64,000 nucleotides of DNA from a bacterium (GCA_020057555.1 JAGVFR010000001.1:3062-67061); one strand, 5' to 3'; numbered from the stretch's first letter, positions 48,197 through 58,073 are shown. Numbers and translations are program-made. Notes: generated by a model not told the origin, from the letters alone.

Positions 48197-48997
48197 ATGG
48201 AACTTCTTGAATTCCTACAATACCCATTCATGCAACGCGCGCTTGTCGCTGGAATTTTGCTTGGCGTGCTTCTTGCTACTCTTGGCGTGTTTGTGACTTT
48301 AAGAAGAATGGCTTTTTTTGGTGAAGGGATAGCCCATGCTTCACTTGCGGGAATTGCGATTGGAATTCTCACAGGATTTAGTCCATTGCCGGTTGCTATG
48401 ATCTGGGCAGTCATTCTTGCTCTTCTTATTTTTACACTTGAACAAAAAACAAAACTTCCTATTGACACAGTGATCGGAATTTTTTTTACATCAGCAATGG
48501 CGCTTGGTGTTGTTTTGATGAATTTCACTTCTGGATATCAACCTGAACTTCTTTCATTTTTGTTTGGAAGCATTCTTTCTGTTTCGATTTCTGACCTTTG
48601 GACTATCGCCATATCAACAATTGTAATTCTTATTTGGCTAATTTCCTCACGAAGACAACTCACGTTTCTTTCTTTATCAGAAGAACAAGCGATTGTAAGT
48701 GGAATTCCAGTTCGTTTACAAACAGCGATTCTTTATGTCGCACTTTCTGTCGCAACTGTTCTTGGAGTAAAAATCTTGGGAATCATTCTTGTGTCAGCGC
48801 TTCTTATTATTCCTCCAGCGATTAGTCGATTGCATGCAAAAAGTTTTCGCTCGCACATGATTCTCGCGGTTTTATTTTCAGAAATTATAATTATACTCGG
48901 CTTGGCGCTTTCATTTTTTTATGATCTACCATCAGGCGCAGTAATTGTTTTGGTTGGTGCATTTCTATTTTTACTATCACTTCTTTTTTCACATTGA
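48197..48997 (+). CDS. Metal ABC transporter permease (ZnuB-like)
   Basis: About 8 TM. FFGEGIAHASLAGIAIG is typical of ZnuB/TroCD permeases. Confidence 0.8.
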   Translation: MELLEFLQYPFMQRALVAGILLGVLLATLGVFVTLRRMAFFGEGIAHASLAGIAIGILTGFSPLPVAMIWAVILALLIFTLEQKTKLPIDTVIGIFFTSAMALGVVLMNFTSGYQPELLSFLFGSILSVSISDLWTIAISTIVILIWLISSRRQLTFLSLSEEQAIVSGIPVRLQTAILYVALSVATVLGVKILGIILVSALLIIPPAISRLHAKSFRSHMILAVLFSEIIIILGLALSFFYDLPSGAVIVLVGAFLFLLSLLFSH

Positions 48998-49024
48998 TCG
49001 GAAGTTTTTTGTTCTGTCTTTTTT

Positions 49025-50926
49025 TTATTTTTCAGTAAACCACCAATATAAAATTTCTCTTGCGAGTGGAACTGCGGCGTCAGTACTTTCTCCTCCATCT
49101 TCAACAATAATTGCGATCGCGATTTCTGAATTCTCGTACGGAGCAAAACCAGTAAACCAAGAATGGTACTTTTCATGTCCTGGTGCTTGTGCTGTTCCAG
49201 TTTTTCCTGCCACAGACACTGGAAGTCCAGACAATGAACGTGCACTTCCTTGAGTCACTGTTTGTCGCATTCCTTGTTTCACAACAGAAAGGGCGTATGA
49301 ATCAAGCGACTTAAGTGTTTGATATGAAGTTTCATTTGTAACTTCATTCATTTTTTTGACTACATGCGGCACGAAATCCAAACCGTTGTTCGCTATAATT
49401 CCAGTCGCGTGCGCCATCTGAAGTGGTGTTGTTAACAAATCGCCTTGTCCAATCGCAAGATGATATGTATCTCCAACATACCAACGTTCTCCTTTTTCTT
49501 TCTCCTTCCATTCTTTTGAAGGCAAAAATCCATCAGCTTCTGATGGTAAATCAATCCCTGCTGGTTTTCCAAATCCAAAACGTCCTGCATAATCTGTAAT
49601 CCTATCAACGCCCAAACCGTTAATTTGATCAAGTCCGCCACCGATAATATAAAAAAAAGTATTCACTGATTCAGCAAGTGCCTTTCTAACATTTGTAATT
49701 CCGTGTCCACCAGCTTTCCAATCAGGAAAAAACCATTCATTAATTCTTATTCCTCCTGTTGAAAGAAAAGATGTGTTTTCAGAAATTATTTTTTCAACCA
49801 ATGCCGCATAAGCGACAAATGGTTTGAAAGTCGAACCAGATGGAAACTCACCTGCAATTGCTCTGAAAAATAATGGCAGATCCGGATCTTCAGCTAACTT
49901 TTGATAAGTGTCTTCCTCAATTCCCTGCGCGAATAAATTATTATCAAAAGTCGGTAAACTCACGAGCGCGTAAACTTCACCGTTTTTTGGATTTAATACA
50001 ACAACAGAACCTTTTGTTGAGCCAACTGACTTCATCGCATTTTCAAGTCGTTTTTCAATGAACTTTTGGAATTCAGAATCAACTGTCAAAGTTATATTTG
50101 AACCAACATCAGGATCAGTACGCGACACAACTGATAGTTCCCTACCCCTTGCGTCAACTTCAGTAACAATCTCGCCAGGTTGACCGCGCAATAAAATTTC
50201 TTGCGATCGTTCAACTCCTGTCTTTCCAATAACATCAATTGGTTTGTAACCTTTTTCTTTCCACAAAGAAAGATCTTCTAAAGTCATTTTTCCAGTGTAA
50301 CCTAGTATATGCGAAAGTGAAGGAATTGTTTGAGGATATCTACGCAGAGTTGAAGTTTGTAAATTAAAACCTGGAAGGTTTTTGATTTCAATTGCTAAAT
50401 GCATGGCGCGTTCAAAATTTATATTTCTTTTTACCGGAACAGCTTCAGTTTGATTTTTCGCATATTGCGTCATTAACAGATCCAAATCCGTTGGTTGAAT
50501 TCCAGCTAATTTGCTTACAGAATCAAATAATTCATAACGTTCGTTTTCGTCCGTTGGCAAATCTGCGATCGTCATTGTTAAAACAAAAGAAGGAATATTT
50601 TCCGCAAGTACAATGCCATGTGTATCAAAAATCAAACCTCGTTGTGGAACAAGACGTTCAGTTCGATATCTATTTGATTCTGCGAGCGCTCGAAAATGAT
50701 CTCCTTGAAAAATTTGCAGTTGAACTGAGCGACCCAAAAAAACGATTAACATTAGAAAAAATACAACTTGCGCAAGACGTATTCGCCAAAATGTAATCAC
50801 TGATCCAATACATCGAGTGTTTGGAAGCTGTTCGAAAATCGTAACACCACTTCGATCCGTGAGTTTTCCAATTGGTCCGTTCTCCTGCAAAACGAACAAT
50901 CTAGAATGTGGTGATTGATTTGACAT
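49025..50926 (-). CDS. mrdA: Penicillin-binding protein 2 (elongasome transpeptidase)
   Basis: The N-terminal TM helix and PBP dimerisation domain are present. The transpeptidase motifs are SGSTFKP (SxxK), SxN and KTGTAQ. It lies directly downstream of mreBCD. Confidence 0.85.
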   Translation of the reverse strand: MSNQSPHSRLFVLQENGPIGKLTDRSGVTIFEQLPNTRCIGSVITFWRIRLAQVVFFLMLIVFLGRSVQLQIFQGDHFRALAESNRYRTERLVPQRGLIFDTHGIVLAENIPSFVLTMTIADLPTDENERYELFDSVSKLAGIQPTDLDLLMTQYAKNQTEAVPVKRNINFERAMHLAIEIKNLPGFNLQTSTLRRYPQTIPSLSHILGYTGKMTLEDLSLWKEKGYKPIDVIGKTGVERSQEILLRGQPGEIVTEVDARGRELSVVSRTDPDVGSNITLTVDSEFQKFIEKRLENAMKSVGSTKGSVVVLNPKNGEVYALVSLPTFDNNLFAQGIEEDTYQKLAEDPDLPLFFRAIAGEFPSGSTFKPFVAYAALVEKIISENTSFLSTGGIRINEWFFPDWKAGGHGITNVRKALAESVNTFFYIIGGGLDQINGLGVDRITDYAGRFGFGKPAGIDLPSEADGFLPSKEWKEKEKGERWYVGDTYHLAIGQGDLLTTPLQMAHATGIIANNGLDFVPHVVKKMNEVTNETSYQTLKSLDSYALSVVKQGMRQTVTQGSARSLSGLPVSVAGKTGTAQAPGHEKYHSWFTGFAPYENSEIAIAIIVEDGGESTDAAVPLAREILYWWFTEK

Positions 50927-51430
50927 TTAATAATAACGATTATGTGAAGATAAAAACATAACTTGTACAATTTTTCTGATATGAGGTGCGAGTGAAAATA
51001 AAACTGCAACAACAACTATCAACATTCCAAGTCGCTCCGCGTGAGTTTGAAAAAATACTGACCAGTTATTTAATGTAAAGAAAACTCCAAACAAAACAAA
51101 CGTTGCATAACTACTTATTGCACAAGCAATAACACCGTAGAAAGATCGATTTGAAAAAAGTTGCTTTGAAGTAATTACTGCAACGACCGTTGCCGCGAAA
51201 ATAGGGATTATTGAAAAAGAAATATCGCCTAATTTCATCAAATCCATAAGAAATCCGTAACCTATCAACCACGCAATTCCGTCTGAAATTCCTTGATGCT
51301 GAATTAAATAAACACTCAAGGCAAATACGAGTGGAATCGCAGAAAATAATGAAGGAAGCGAACTTATAAAACTTGTTTCAATAAGAAACACAATTAGAAA
51401 CAAAATTGTCGAAATCGCTACACGTGTCAT
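50927..51430 (-). CDS. mreD: Rod shape-determining protein MreD
   Basis: 167-aa polytopic membrane protein between mreC and mrdA. The call rests on position and topology only. Confidence 0.55.
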   Translation of the reverse strand: MTRVAISTILFLIVFLIETSFISSLPSLFSAIPLVFALSVYLIQHQGISDGIAWLIGYGFLMDLMKLGDISFSIIPIFAATVVAVITSKQLFSNRSFYGVIACAISSYATFVLFGVFFTLNNWSVFFQTHAERLGMLIVVVAVLFSLAPHIRKIVQVMFLSSHNRYY

Positions 51431-52170
51431 ATTTCTTTTTGAATAAGAACTTGAACTGAAGTGTGCAAGCGTGAATCTACCAATGGTTCAATCACGGCTT
51501 CCAAAAACGGTGCATTTGGTTCTGGACGAACATCATTGATAATTCCAACAAGCAAACCCGAAGGAATGCGTGGTTCAAGACCAGAGGTCACAACAAGATT
51601 ATCAATTTCAATAACTGTTTCTTGCGGAATAAAATTTAATTTTAACAAATTTCCTGCCATTCCTTCTGCAACTCCAATTGTTTGAGATTGGTTTAACAAG
51701 CTGACTGCGGTTGCAACAGCAGGATCAGAAAGAGTTCTAACTGTTGAACTTTTTTGCGTTACTGAAATTACTTTTCCAATTAGTACCCCATCTTTTACAA
51801 TCACCGGATCTCCGACTTTAATCCCATCCTGCTCCCCACGATCAATTGAAAAGGTTGAAGTCTGGATCGTGTTGGATCGTGCAATAATAGTTGCCATTAT
51901 AGATGTCAAATCAGACCTTTCAATATAACCTAAAACCTCTTTCAACTCCTGATTTTCCTGAATGAGCTGTTCATATTTTGCTTTATCAATTGAAAGAGCA
52001 ACCAAACGACGCTCCAATTCTTCTTTGTTTGGCTGTTTGTAAAACCATGTACCAGCTTGTGCTAATGGTCGTTGAATAATTTGAATTCCACGCTCAAACC
52101 AGCCTCTTGCAAAAATTAGTAATATCACAATTGCTATTACAGTAAGAGATAAGTGAGCGCGACGTTTCAT
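51427..52170 (-). CDS. mreC: Rod shape-determining protein MreC
   Basis: An N-terminal TM helix, a coiled coil (KAKYEQLIQENQELKE), and a beta-barrel region (VVTSGLEPRIPSGLLVGII). Confidence 0.8.
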   Translation of the reverse strand: MKRRAHLSLTVIAIVILLIFARGWFERGIQIIQRPLAQAGTWFYKQPNKEELERRLVALSIDKAKYEQLIQENQELKEVLGYIERSDLTSIMATIIARSNTIQTSTFSIDRGEQDGIKVGDPVIVKDGVLIGKVISVTQKSSTVRTLSDPAVATAVSLLNQSQTIGVAEGMAGNLLKLNFIPQETVIEIDNLVVTSGLEPRIPSGLLVGIINDVRPEPNAPFLEAVIEPLVDSRLHTSVQVLIQKEI

Positions 52171-52175
52171 ATAAT

Positions 52176-53228
52176 CTACAAGATATTTCCTTCAGTTGCT
52201 GAAGGAAGCGAAATGTCTTTGAGTAAATCCTCTTGATCAAGCAGAAAACCAGCTCCGCGAACAACTGATGTTAGTGGATCATCAGCAATTCGAACCGGAA
52301 TCGCGGCTTGACGCGAAATTAATTTATCCAGTCCACGAAGAAGCGCTCCGCCACCAGTTAAAACAATTCCACGCTCATAAATATCAGCCACAAGTTCAGG
52401 AGGAGTTGTTTCAAGCACAGCTTTAATGCTATCAACAATTGTTCTAATTGAACGCTCCAATGCTTCACGGATTTGAGTATCGTTCACAATAATTTCCTTT
52501 GGAAGTCCTGTAAGTAAATCCCTTCCGCGCATTTCCATTTCAAGAGGTTCGTCTTGTTCGATCGCGGTTCCTATTCTCATTTTTACTTTTTCTGCAACGC
52601 GTTCACCCAAAAGTAAATTAAACACATCGCGGGCGTATTGAATAATATTTTTGTTCAATTCGTCACCGGCAATTGGAAGCGACTTCCATGTAACAATTCC
52701 AGCAAGTGACATAACAGCGATTTCTGTTGTTCCGCCACCAAGATCAACAATCATCATTCCAACTGATTCTGAAAGCGGAAGTCTTGCGCCAAGTGCCGCA
52801 AGCATAGGATTTTCAACAAGAAAAACTTGACGAGCTCCAGCAGAAAGTGCGGCATCCTCGATTGCTTTGCGTTCCACTTCTGTTGTTTCAAGTGGAACTC
52901 CAATTACAATTCGTGGACGAGGAACAATTGTAAATGACTCTGAATGAACCCTGTCAATAAAATATTTGAGCATTTTTTCAGTGACTTCAAAATCGGAAAT
53001 CACACCTTTGGTCAACGGCTTTGTCATTTCAATATGCGGTGGATTTTTTCCAAGCATGTCTTTTGCATCTTTTCCTACAGCTAAAATTTGATTTGTACGA
53101 ATATTGATAGCGACAATCGAAGGTTCATTTACAACAATTCCACCGTCTTTTGAATAAACGAGAGTATTCGAAGTACCAAGGTCGATTCCAAGGTCTTTTG
53201 AAAAGCGTCCAAAAAACTTGTTGAACAT
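52176..53228 (-). CDS. mreB: Rod shape-determining protein MreB
   Basis: LGIDLGTSNTLVY...VNEPSIVAI. The actin fold is present throughout. Confidence 0.95.
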   Translation of the reverse strand: MFNKFFGRFSKDLGIDLGTSNTLVYSKDGGIVVNEPSIVAINIRTNQILAVGKDAKDMLGKNPPHIEMTKPLTKGVISDFEVTEKMLKYFIDRVHSESFTIVPRPRIVIGVPLETTEVERKAIEDAALSAGARQVFLVENPMLAALGARLPLSESVGMMIVDLGGGTTEIAVMSLAGIVTWKSLPIAGDELNKNIIQYARDVFNLLLGERVAEKVKMRIGTAIEQDEPLEMEMRGRDLLTGLPKEIIVNDTQIREALERSIRTIVDSIKAVLETTPPELVADIYERGIVLTGGGALLRGLDKLISRQAAIPVRIADDPLTSVVRGAGFLLDQEDLLKDISLPSATEGNIL

Positions 53229-53254
53229 ATAAACCTGTAATCGTTGAAGAAGCG

Positions 53255-53340
53255 ATTTGCACCATGTCTTCGGGCCAGTGGACTCCTCGCCGCTGGTGTT
53301 GTCCGGTCTAGTCCTCGACTCCCTGCGACATGATGCAAAC
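53255..53340. repeat. G+C-rich palindromic repeat element, copy 4 of 4
   Basis: The core is CATGTCTTCGGGCCAGTGGACTCCTCGCCGCTGGTGTTGTCCGGTCTAG...GACATG, with flanking arms ttgcac/atgcaa. It sits upstream of mreB. Confidence 0.75.
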
Positions 53341-53465
53341 TGCTTCTTTGTTGTTTATTGAGTGATTGGAGGATGAAAAGGAAGGTTGAAGTAAGGTTCG
53401 CTTACCCAAAGATTTTACTCGACAACAAAAACAACAGCAAGCCCGCTGTTGAGTATATTTAGTGT

Positions 53466-53849
53466 TCAAAAGGATTGGTTGCGGCGGTTTAAAAAAAACA
53501 GCTCAACCAAGGAGAAAAGTATGACAAGTAAAAATGCTGACCACCATCGCATTAGATCAAAAGAAAGAAGCAACATGGCACAGATAAAGAGTCCTGTAAA
53601 AATAACGCTCTGTCTTAAAGCCCGAACAGTTTGTCTATATGGCATTCCATCTGGATGAAACCAAACACGAAGTAATGTTCCAAATAAGGCCGTTGTTCCT
53701 AAAAATGCGACTGCAAAAGTTACATAGAAAAGTGTGTAGCCAATGAAACCAGTTGAAACAGGGTCTGTTGTATTGAGAACAAAAACCCAACCAATCCAAG
53801 CCGCAACTGTCGCAAGTGTAATGATTATTAAAAACCAACGGAATGTCAT
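53466..53849 (-). CDS. Small four-TM membrane protein (hypothetical)
   Basis: 127 aa with four hydrophobic helices. Its start overlaps the stop of the upstream small gene by 4 nt. Confidence 0.5.
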   Translation of the reverse strand: MTFRWFLIIITLATVAAWIGWVFVLNTTDPVSTGFIGYTLFYVTFAVAFLGTTALFGTLLRVWFHPDGMPYRQTVRALRQSVIFTGLFICAMLLLSFDLMRWWSAFLLVILFSLVELFFLNRRNQSF

Positions 53850-54166
53850 ACTGTAGCATCTATTATTTTGCTTATGCGATATCGAACTTTGATTATTTTT
53901 TGCGTTGGAAATTCATTTTTTAGATTATTCAAAATTTGAAATTCGTGTTCTGAAAGATATTGAGCAGTTGATGAGTGAGAACTTTCAATGGTTAAAATAT
54001 TGTCCCTCAAAGAAACAGCACGAGCATCTGAATTCTGTTCATGCGGTAGTATTCGTGCGATTTCTTCATTGGCTTTTGTAACAACTTGTGTTGCGTTTAC
54101 CTGTGTTGAAACGTTTGCTCGTTTAAGAGCAGTTGTAAGCAAATCACGGATTGGGGTTAGGGTCAT
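53846..54166 (-). CDS. Small DUF721/DciA-like protein (tentative)
   Basis: 106 aa. The pattern ARAVSLRDNILTIESSHSSTAQYLSEHEFQILNNLKNEF resembles the DUF721 consensus (A.p..l.dg.L.v.v.ss.wa.eL.....il.kLn). It is co-directional with the upstream helicase-nuclease. Confidence 0.4.
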   Translation of the reverse strand: MTLTPIRDLLTTALKRANVSTQVNATQVVTKANEEIARILPHEQNSDARAVSLRDNILTIESSHSSTAQYLSEHEFQILNNLKNEFPTQKIIKVRYRISKIIDATV

Positions 54167-54180
54167 AGTATTATTCTATC

Positions 54181-57117
54181 TTAAATTTGCCTGAATTCAC
54201 AGATGTCAGCAAAATCACAGTACTGGCAATGAAATCCCGGGGTTGGAGGAAAATGACTTTCGCGAATTCGCGCAACTCGTTCAACAATATCTTCTTGCAA
54301 CTTCAACAAATCATCATCTGTGCCGATAAAAGAAACCACAGAATTATCTTCCAAATATACGAAAGAAAGTTTTTTCACATTTAAGCCAAGGACATCGCGC
54401 GCGGCAAGCTGATACAACCACAATTGTTCTTTGTCCAAACGTTCGATCTTTTTTTCAGTTTTTGGATTTCCTGTTTTGTAATCAATTATTTCAACACCAT
54501 CTTCAAAATGATCAATGCGATCCATTCGGCCTTTCAAAACAATGTCGCCGATTTTGTATGTGTATCCTTGTTCAAGCGCGAGCGGTTCAGGTGGATTTAT
54601 TTTCAAAGATGAAATGTAGGAAATGAGTTGTTCTCTTCCCTTTTTTCGATACCGTTCTCGCATTTGATCATTCGGATACCAATCATCTTGCCAGCAAGTA
54701 TTATAAAATTCCAACAATTCTTCAACGCTCACTTGCAAACCACTTATTGAAACTTCAACATTTTGTTTTGAAAAAAGTGATGTCTGTCGCTGGCCAGATC
54801 GTTCCATCCAAGCTAAAAAATATCGGTGCAAAGTATTGTGCATTGTTTTTCCAAACGAGTATGTCCATTTTCCAAGAACTGGAACTCGAAGAATGTGCGC
54901 AAACTTATATTGCAAAGGACATTTTTGAAAAGCCGCAAGTTGTGTGAATGAAAATCGTTTTGGAGTGTATGATTGCAGTCCTGTTATATCTCTTGCCTCT
55001 TGCCTATTGCCGATTTCCTCACACTCCTCTTCAAATAATTCCACAATGTTTTCTTGACCTTTCAGTCCTTTTTCAACTCCGACCTCCTCTAAAAACCTCG
55101 ATAACTTTCGACTACGCGCACCACCATAATCCTCTGCTGATGTAAAAAACAAACCTTCTTTTGCACGCGTCATTGCAACATAAAATAAACGTCGCTCTTC
55201 CTCAAGATGATTCAGCGCTTCGTCACTTGATTCTTTATCGTTCAAGAATTCATCAGGAAGAGGAATTGCTTCGCCACGGCGTTGTGTTGGAAATTTTCGA
55301 TCAACAAGATTTACAACAAATACATATCGAAATTCTAAACCTTTTGCGCCGTGAACGGTCATTATCCTTACCATGTCAGGGCCTGCGTCTAAATCAACAG
55401 CGAGTGAACCTTCTTCTCCGGCATCTCTTTCGAATTGAAACTCGGCTAAAAATTCATGAAGTGTTTTGTGTGGTGCTCTGCCTTCAAATGACTTAAGTCT
55501 TTGAAAAAACTGTTGAAGATATCCAAACGTTTCTTGCTTTCGAGCGTCAGACTGAAGATTGATCACATCAAGATATCCGGATGTTTTTATAATTTCCAAA
55601 AAGATTTCCGTAACACATTTTGTTGTTGATGTTTGTTGGATTGAATTTATGAAAGACAAAATCCGATCATGAGAAGATGATTTTTTCATCAACATTGCCT
55701 CGAATAAACTCTTGCCTTTTCGTTGCGCAAGACGATTTAATTCTGCTATTTCAATCGCGGGTAGCGACCACATTGGCAAAGTCAAAACTCGATACAAACT
55801 CGGGCTGTCATGCAGCCGATCAATTACGCGCATGAGAGCCATCACATCCAAAATGACCGACTTGTTGTAAAGACCACTTAATGCCAAAAACTGATATGGA
55901 ATGTTGTGGCGCTCAAGCGCGTGCGCAAAATCTGCTCCAGCGGAATTTGAGCGAACAAGAATTGCAAAATCGTTCCACACACACTCTTGGTCAGATTCTT
56001 TCAACGATAAAATCTTTTTAACAACAGCGCCGACTTCCTCTTGTGAACTTCCACAATGAATATGATCAATAACGCCGACGTTTTCTTTGTGAGCAATAAG
56101 TTTCTTTGACAGCACTCGTTCAGACTGCGCTTCAAGACGATTTGGATTATTGTGTTGAATAAAAGCGTGCGCGCTATCAAGAATCGATTGAGCGCTACGA
56201 TAATTACGAGTTAAAACAACACGCGTCGCATCAGGATAATCTGATTCAAAACGAAGAATGTTTTCAATTGACGCTCCACGAAATTTATAAATGGCTTGAT
56301 CATCATCACCAACAACTGTGATATTTCGATCAGGTTCTGAAATCATTTTGACAAGTTCATATTGAGCCGCGTTCGTATCTTGAAATTCATCAACAAGAAT
56401 AAATTGAAAACGTTCGCGCACTTCTCGCAAAACATTTGGACGCTCTTTTAAAAGACGAATTGCGTATAAAATCAAATCACCAAAATCAAAACTATCGTGT
56501 GAAAGCAAAATCTGTTGATATTTATGATACGCAGACGCAAGTTCGTTGATGCGACTCAACTCGCCAACTCGATCATCACTTTTTTGTAAGGAATCAGTGT
56601 CGGCTTCCAGTCGTTGAACAAGCGACAAATAATCATCAGATGAAATCGCGCGATCTTTTGCTCGCGAAAAATGTTGAATCAACGCTTTAAGATATTTTGT
56701 TGGATTTCCAAGCGGTCGATAATAATCGAGTTCAAATTCATCAAAATGTTGACGAGTAAGAAGCCATGAATCAAGTTCAGTTAATAATTGAAAATCAGTT
56801 GTCAAACCGATCTGTGTTCCATAATCGCGAAGCAACCGTTCACAAAATGAATGGAATGTTGAAATTTGAAGATCAACGTAACCATAAGGCAAAAGTAAGT
56901 CAACTCGTTCTTCCATTTCGTTCGCGGCCTTGTCTGTAAATGTGAGCGCGAGAATTTGTTCTGGTTTTGCATGACCTTGCTCAATAAGCCATGCGATACG
57001 ACGAGTGATAACAGTAGTCTTCCCTGTTCCAGCGCCAGCTACAATCATAAGCGGTCCGTTTGTGTGAGTAACGGCTTGGATTTGCTCTTGGTTTAGGTCG
57101 TCAAGAAGTGAGGGCAT
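54181..57117 (-). CDS. UvrD/PcrA-family SF1 helicase fused to a C-terminal RecB/AddB-type PD-(D/E)XK nuclease with an Fe-S Cys cluster
   Basis: Walker A is AGAGTGKTT. Motifs of UvrD helicase domains 1A and 2A are present (TFH, LVDEFQDTN, VGDDDQAIY, TVHGAKGLEF). The C-terminus reads ...GRMDRIDH..., then CQYCDFADIC (C-x2-C-x5-C) with an upstream Cys. Confidence 0.8.
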   Translation of the reverse strand: MPSLLDDLNQEQIQAVTHTNGPLMIVAGAGTGKTTVITRRIAWLIEQGHAKPEQILALTFTDKAANEMEERVDLLLPYGYVDLQISTFHSFCERLLRDYGTQIGLTTDFQLLTELDSWLLTRQHFDEFELDYYRPLGNPTKYLKALIQHFSRAKDRAISSDDYLSLVQRLEADTDSLQKSDDRVGELSRINELASAYHKYQQILLSHDSFDFGDLILYAIRLLKERPNVLREVRERFQFILVDEFQDTNAAQYELVKMISEPDRNITVVGDDDQAIYKFRGASIENILRFESDYPDATRVVLTRNYRSAQSILDSAHAFIQHNNPNRLEAQSERVLSKKLIAHKENVGVIDHIHCGSSQEEVGAVVKKILSLKESDQECVWNDFAILVRSNSAGADFAHALERHNIPYQFLALSGLYNKSVILDVMALMRVIDRLHDSPSLYRVLTLPMWSLPAIEIAELNRLAQRKGKSLFEAMLMKKSSSHDRILSFINSIQQTSTTKCVTEIFLEIIKTSGYLDVINLQSDARKQETFGYLQQFFQRLKSFEGRAPHKTLHEFLAEFQFERDAGEEGSLAVDLDAGPDMVRIMTVHGAKGLEFRYVFVVNLVDRKFPTQRRGEAIPLPDEFLNDKESSDEALNHLEEERRLFYVAMTRAKEGLFFTSAEDYGGARSRKLSRFLEEVGVEKGLKGQENIVELFEEECEEIGNRQEARDITGLQSYTPKRFSFTQLAAFQKCPLQYKFAHILRVPVLGKWTYSFGKTMHNTLHRYFLAWMERSGQRQTSLFSKQNVEVSISGLQVSVEELLEFYNTCWQDDWYPNDQMRERYRKKGREQLISYISSLKINPPEPLALEQGYTYKIGDIVLKGRMDRIDHFEDGVEIIDYKTGNPKTEKKIERLDKEQLWLYQLAARDVLGLNVKKLSFVYLEDNSVVSFIGTDDDLLKLQEDIVERVARIRESHFPPTPGFHCQYCDFADICEFRQI

Positions 57118-57210
57118 GACTGGGTAAGTTTATCAAAGTTCCATCCCCTTACCAAGTGTTACCGCTCTTTGTTATTAATTTTGGAATTGGGTGTTTGGAT
57201 AATTTCAACA

Positions 57211-57232
57211 AAAAAGCACCCAGTTTGAGTGC
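57211..57232 (-). terminator. Intrinsic terminator of the 57254..58000 gene
   Basis: On the minus strand a first hairpin gggct-aatctctgaa-gccc overlaps the stop codon. It is followed by gcac-tcaaactg-ggtgc and TTTTT. Confidence 0.55.
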
Positions 57233-57253
57233 AGAGAGTTAGGGCTTCAGAGA

Positions 57254-58000
57254 TTAGCCCTTGTGACGAGAAGGATCGTCAGAAGTGTCGTGCTGGCTTT
57301 CGCGATAGGCTTCTATTGCTCCACCTCGCGCGCTGTCCTCGTCCATCCATGGGTCATCATTAGGACATGCTTCGGAGGCCTCTATCGCCCTGATAAGGTC
57401 TTCGTCTGTCGCAACTGCCGCTCCAGGATCGGGATCGTCTTCGCTTCCGAGAACGTTCACCTCGTAGTTTGTGTACCACAGTGTCCAGAGTCTCTGGTCA
57501 ATCTTGTAGTAAGTGCCGCCTGCCGAAGTGTTGATGCGAAGATAGCAAGAGATTTCGGTTTTGGCATCGAAATCGGATGCGTTCAGTCCACTGATCATGT
57601 CGTGGATCTGTTGGACAACGTCCAATGGACCTTCGGTGTTGAGTCCGATGCACGGAACGTCCACGATCAGAACGATCGAAAAATCGGGGTGAACCTTTTG
57701 CGCTTCCTTGATCTGTCTTCGCAGGAGTGAGGAAGCTGTATCACTGTGTTCAGACATCAAACTACCATTAGCAAGACGAGTTGCTCCTCCGAGAACAGCG
57801 ATGACAATCGAACCCTCTGAAAACTTCTCTTCAGCGACGTACTCGCTACAGCAGAGTATGATCGCTGGCATTGCTGACTTGTCAGTACTGAAGGCCTTGA
57901 ACCCATGTTCTTTGCCCATGTTGACTTGTTTGATGACGCATTTTTCGGCCATCTTGACCACGAACCCGAGATCAGCTTCGTCAATGGTTCTGTCTGTCAT
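57254..58000 (-). CDS. Hypothetical protein (248 aa), G+C-rich, unknown function
   Basis: The ORF is intact, with a good RBS (GGAGAGGTG) and its own promoter and terminator. No motif recognised. GC content is visibly higher than the flanking helicase and atp genes. Confidence 0.6.
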   Translation of the reverse strand: MTDRTIDEADLGFVVKMAEKCVIKQVNMGKEHGFKAFSTDKSAMPAIILCCSEYVAEEKFSEGSIVIAVLGGATRLANGSLMSEHSDTASSLLRRQIKEAQKVHPDFSIVLIVDVPCIGLNTEGPLDVVQQIHDMISGLNASDFDAKTEISCYLRINTSAGGTYYKIDQRLWTLWYTNYEVNVLGSEDDPDPGAAVATDEDLIRAIEASEACPNDDPWMDEDSARGGAIEAYRESQHDTSDDPSRHKG

Positions 58001-58043
58001 TTCACCTCTCCATCTTTAGTTTAGACACAGAACAACCGTGAGG

Positions 58044-58072
58044 AGATTACCCCTAACATGATCTTTTGTCAA
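58044..58072 (-). promoter_or_regulatory. Sigma70-like promoter (TTGACA-17nt-TAATCT) for the 57254..58000 gene
   Basis: On the minus strand: cTTGACAaaagatcatgttaggggTAATCT, located between the upstream gene's terminator and the RBS. Confidence 0.4.
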
Positions 58073-58073
58073 G

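Noticed and set aside
53380-53410. GGTTCG-containing segment (aaggttcgcttaccc) that looks like a tRNA T-loop
   Set aside because: The flanking bases do not form a 5-bp T-stem. No acceptor or anticodon arms could be built. I found no tRNA in any intergenic spacer of the window.
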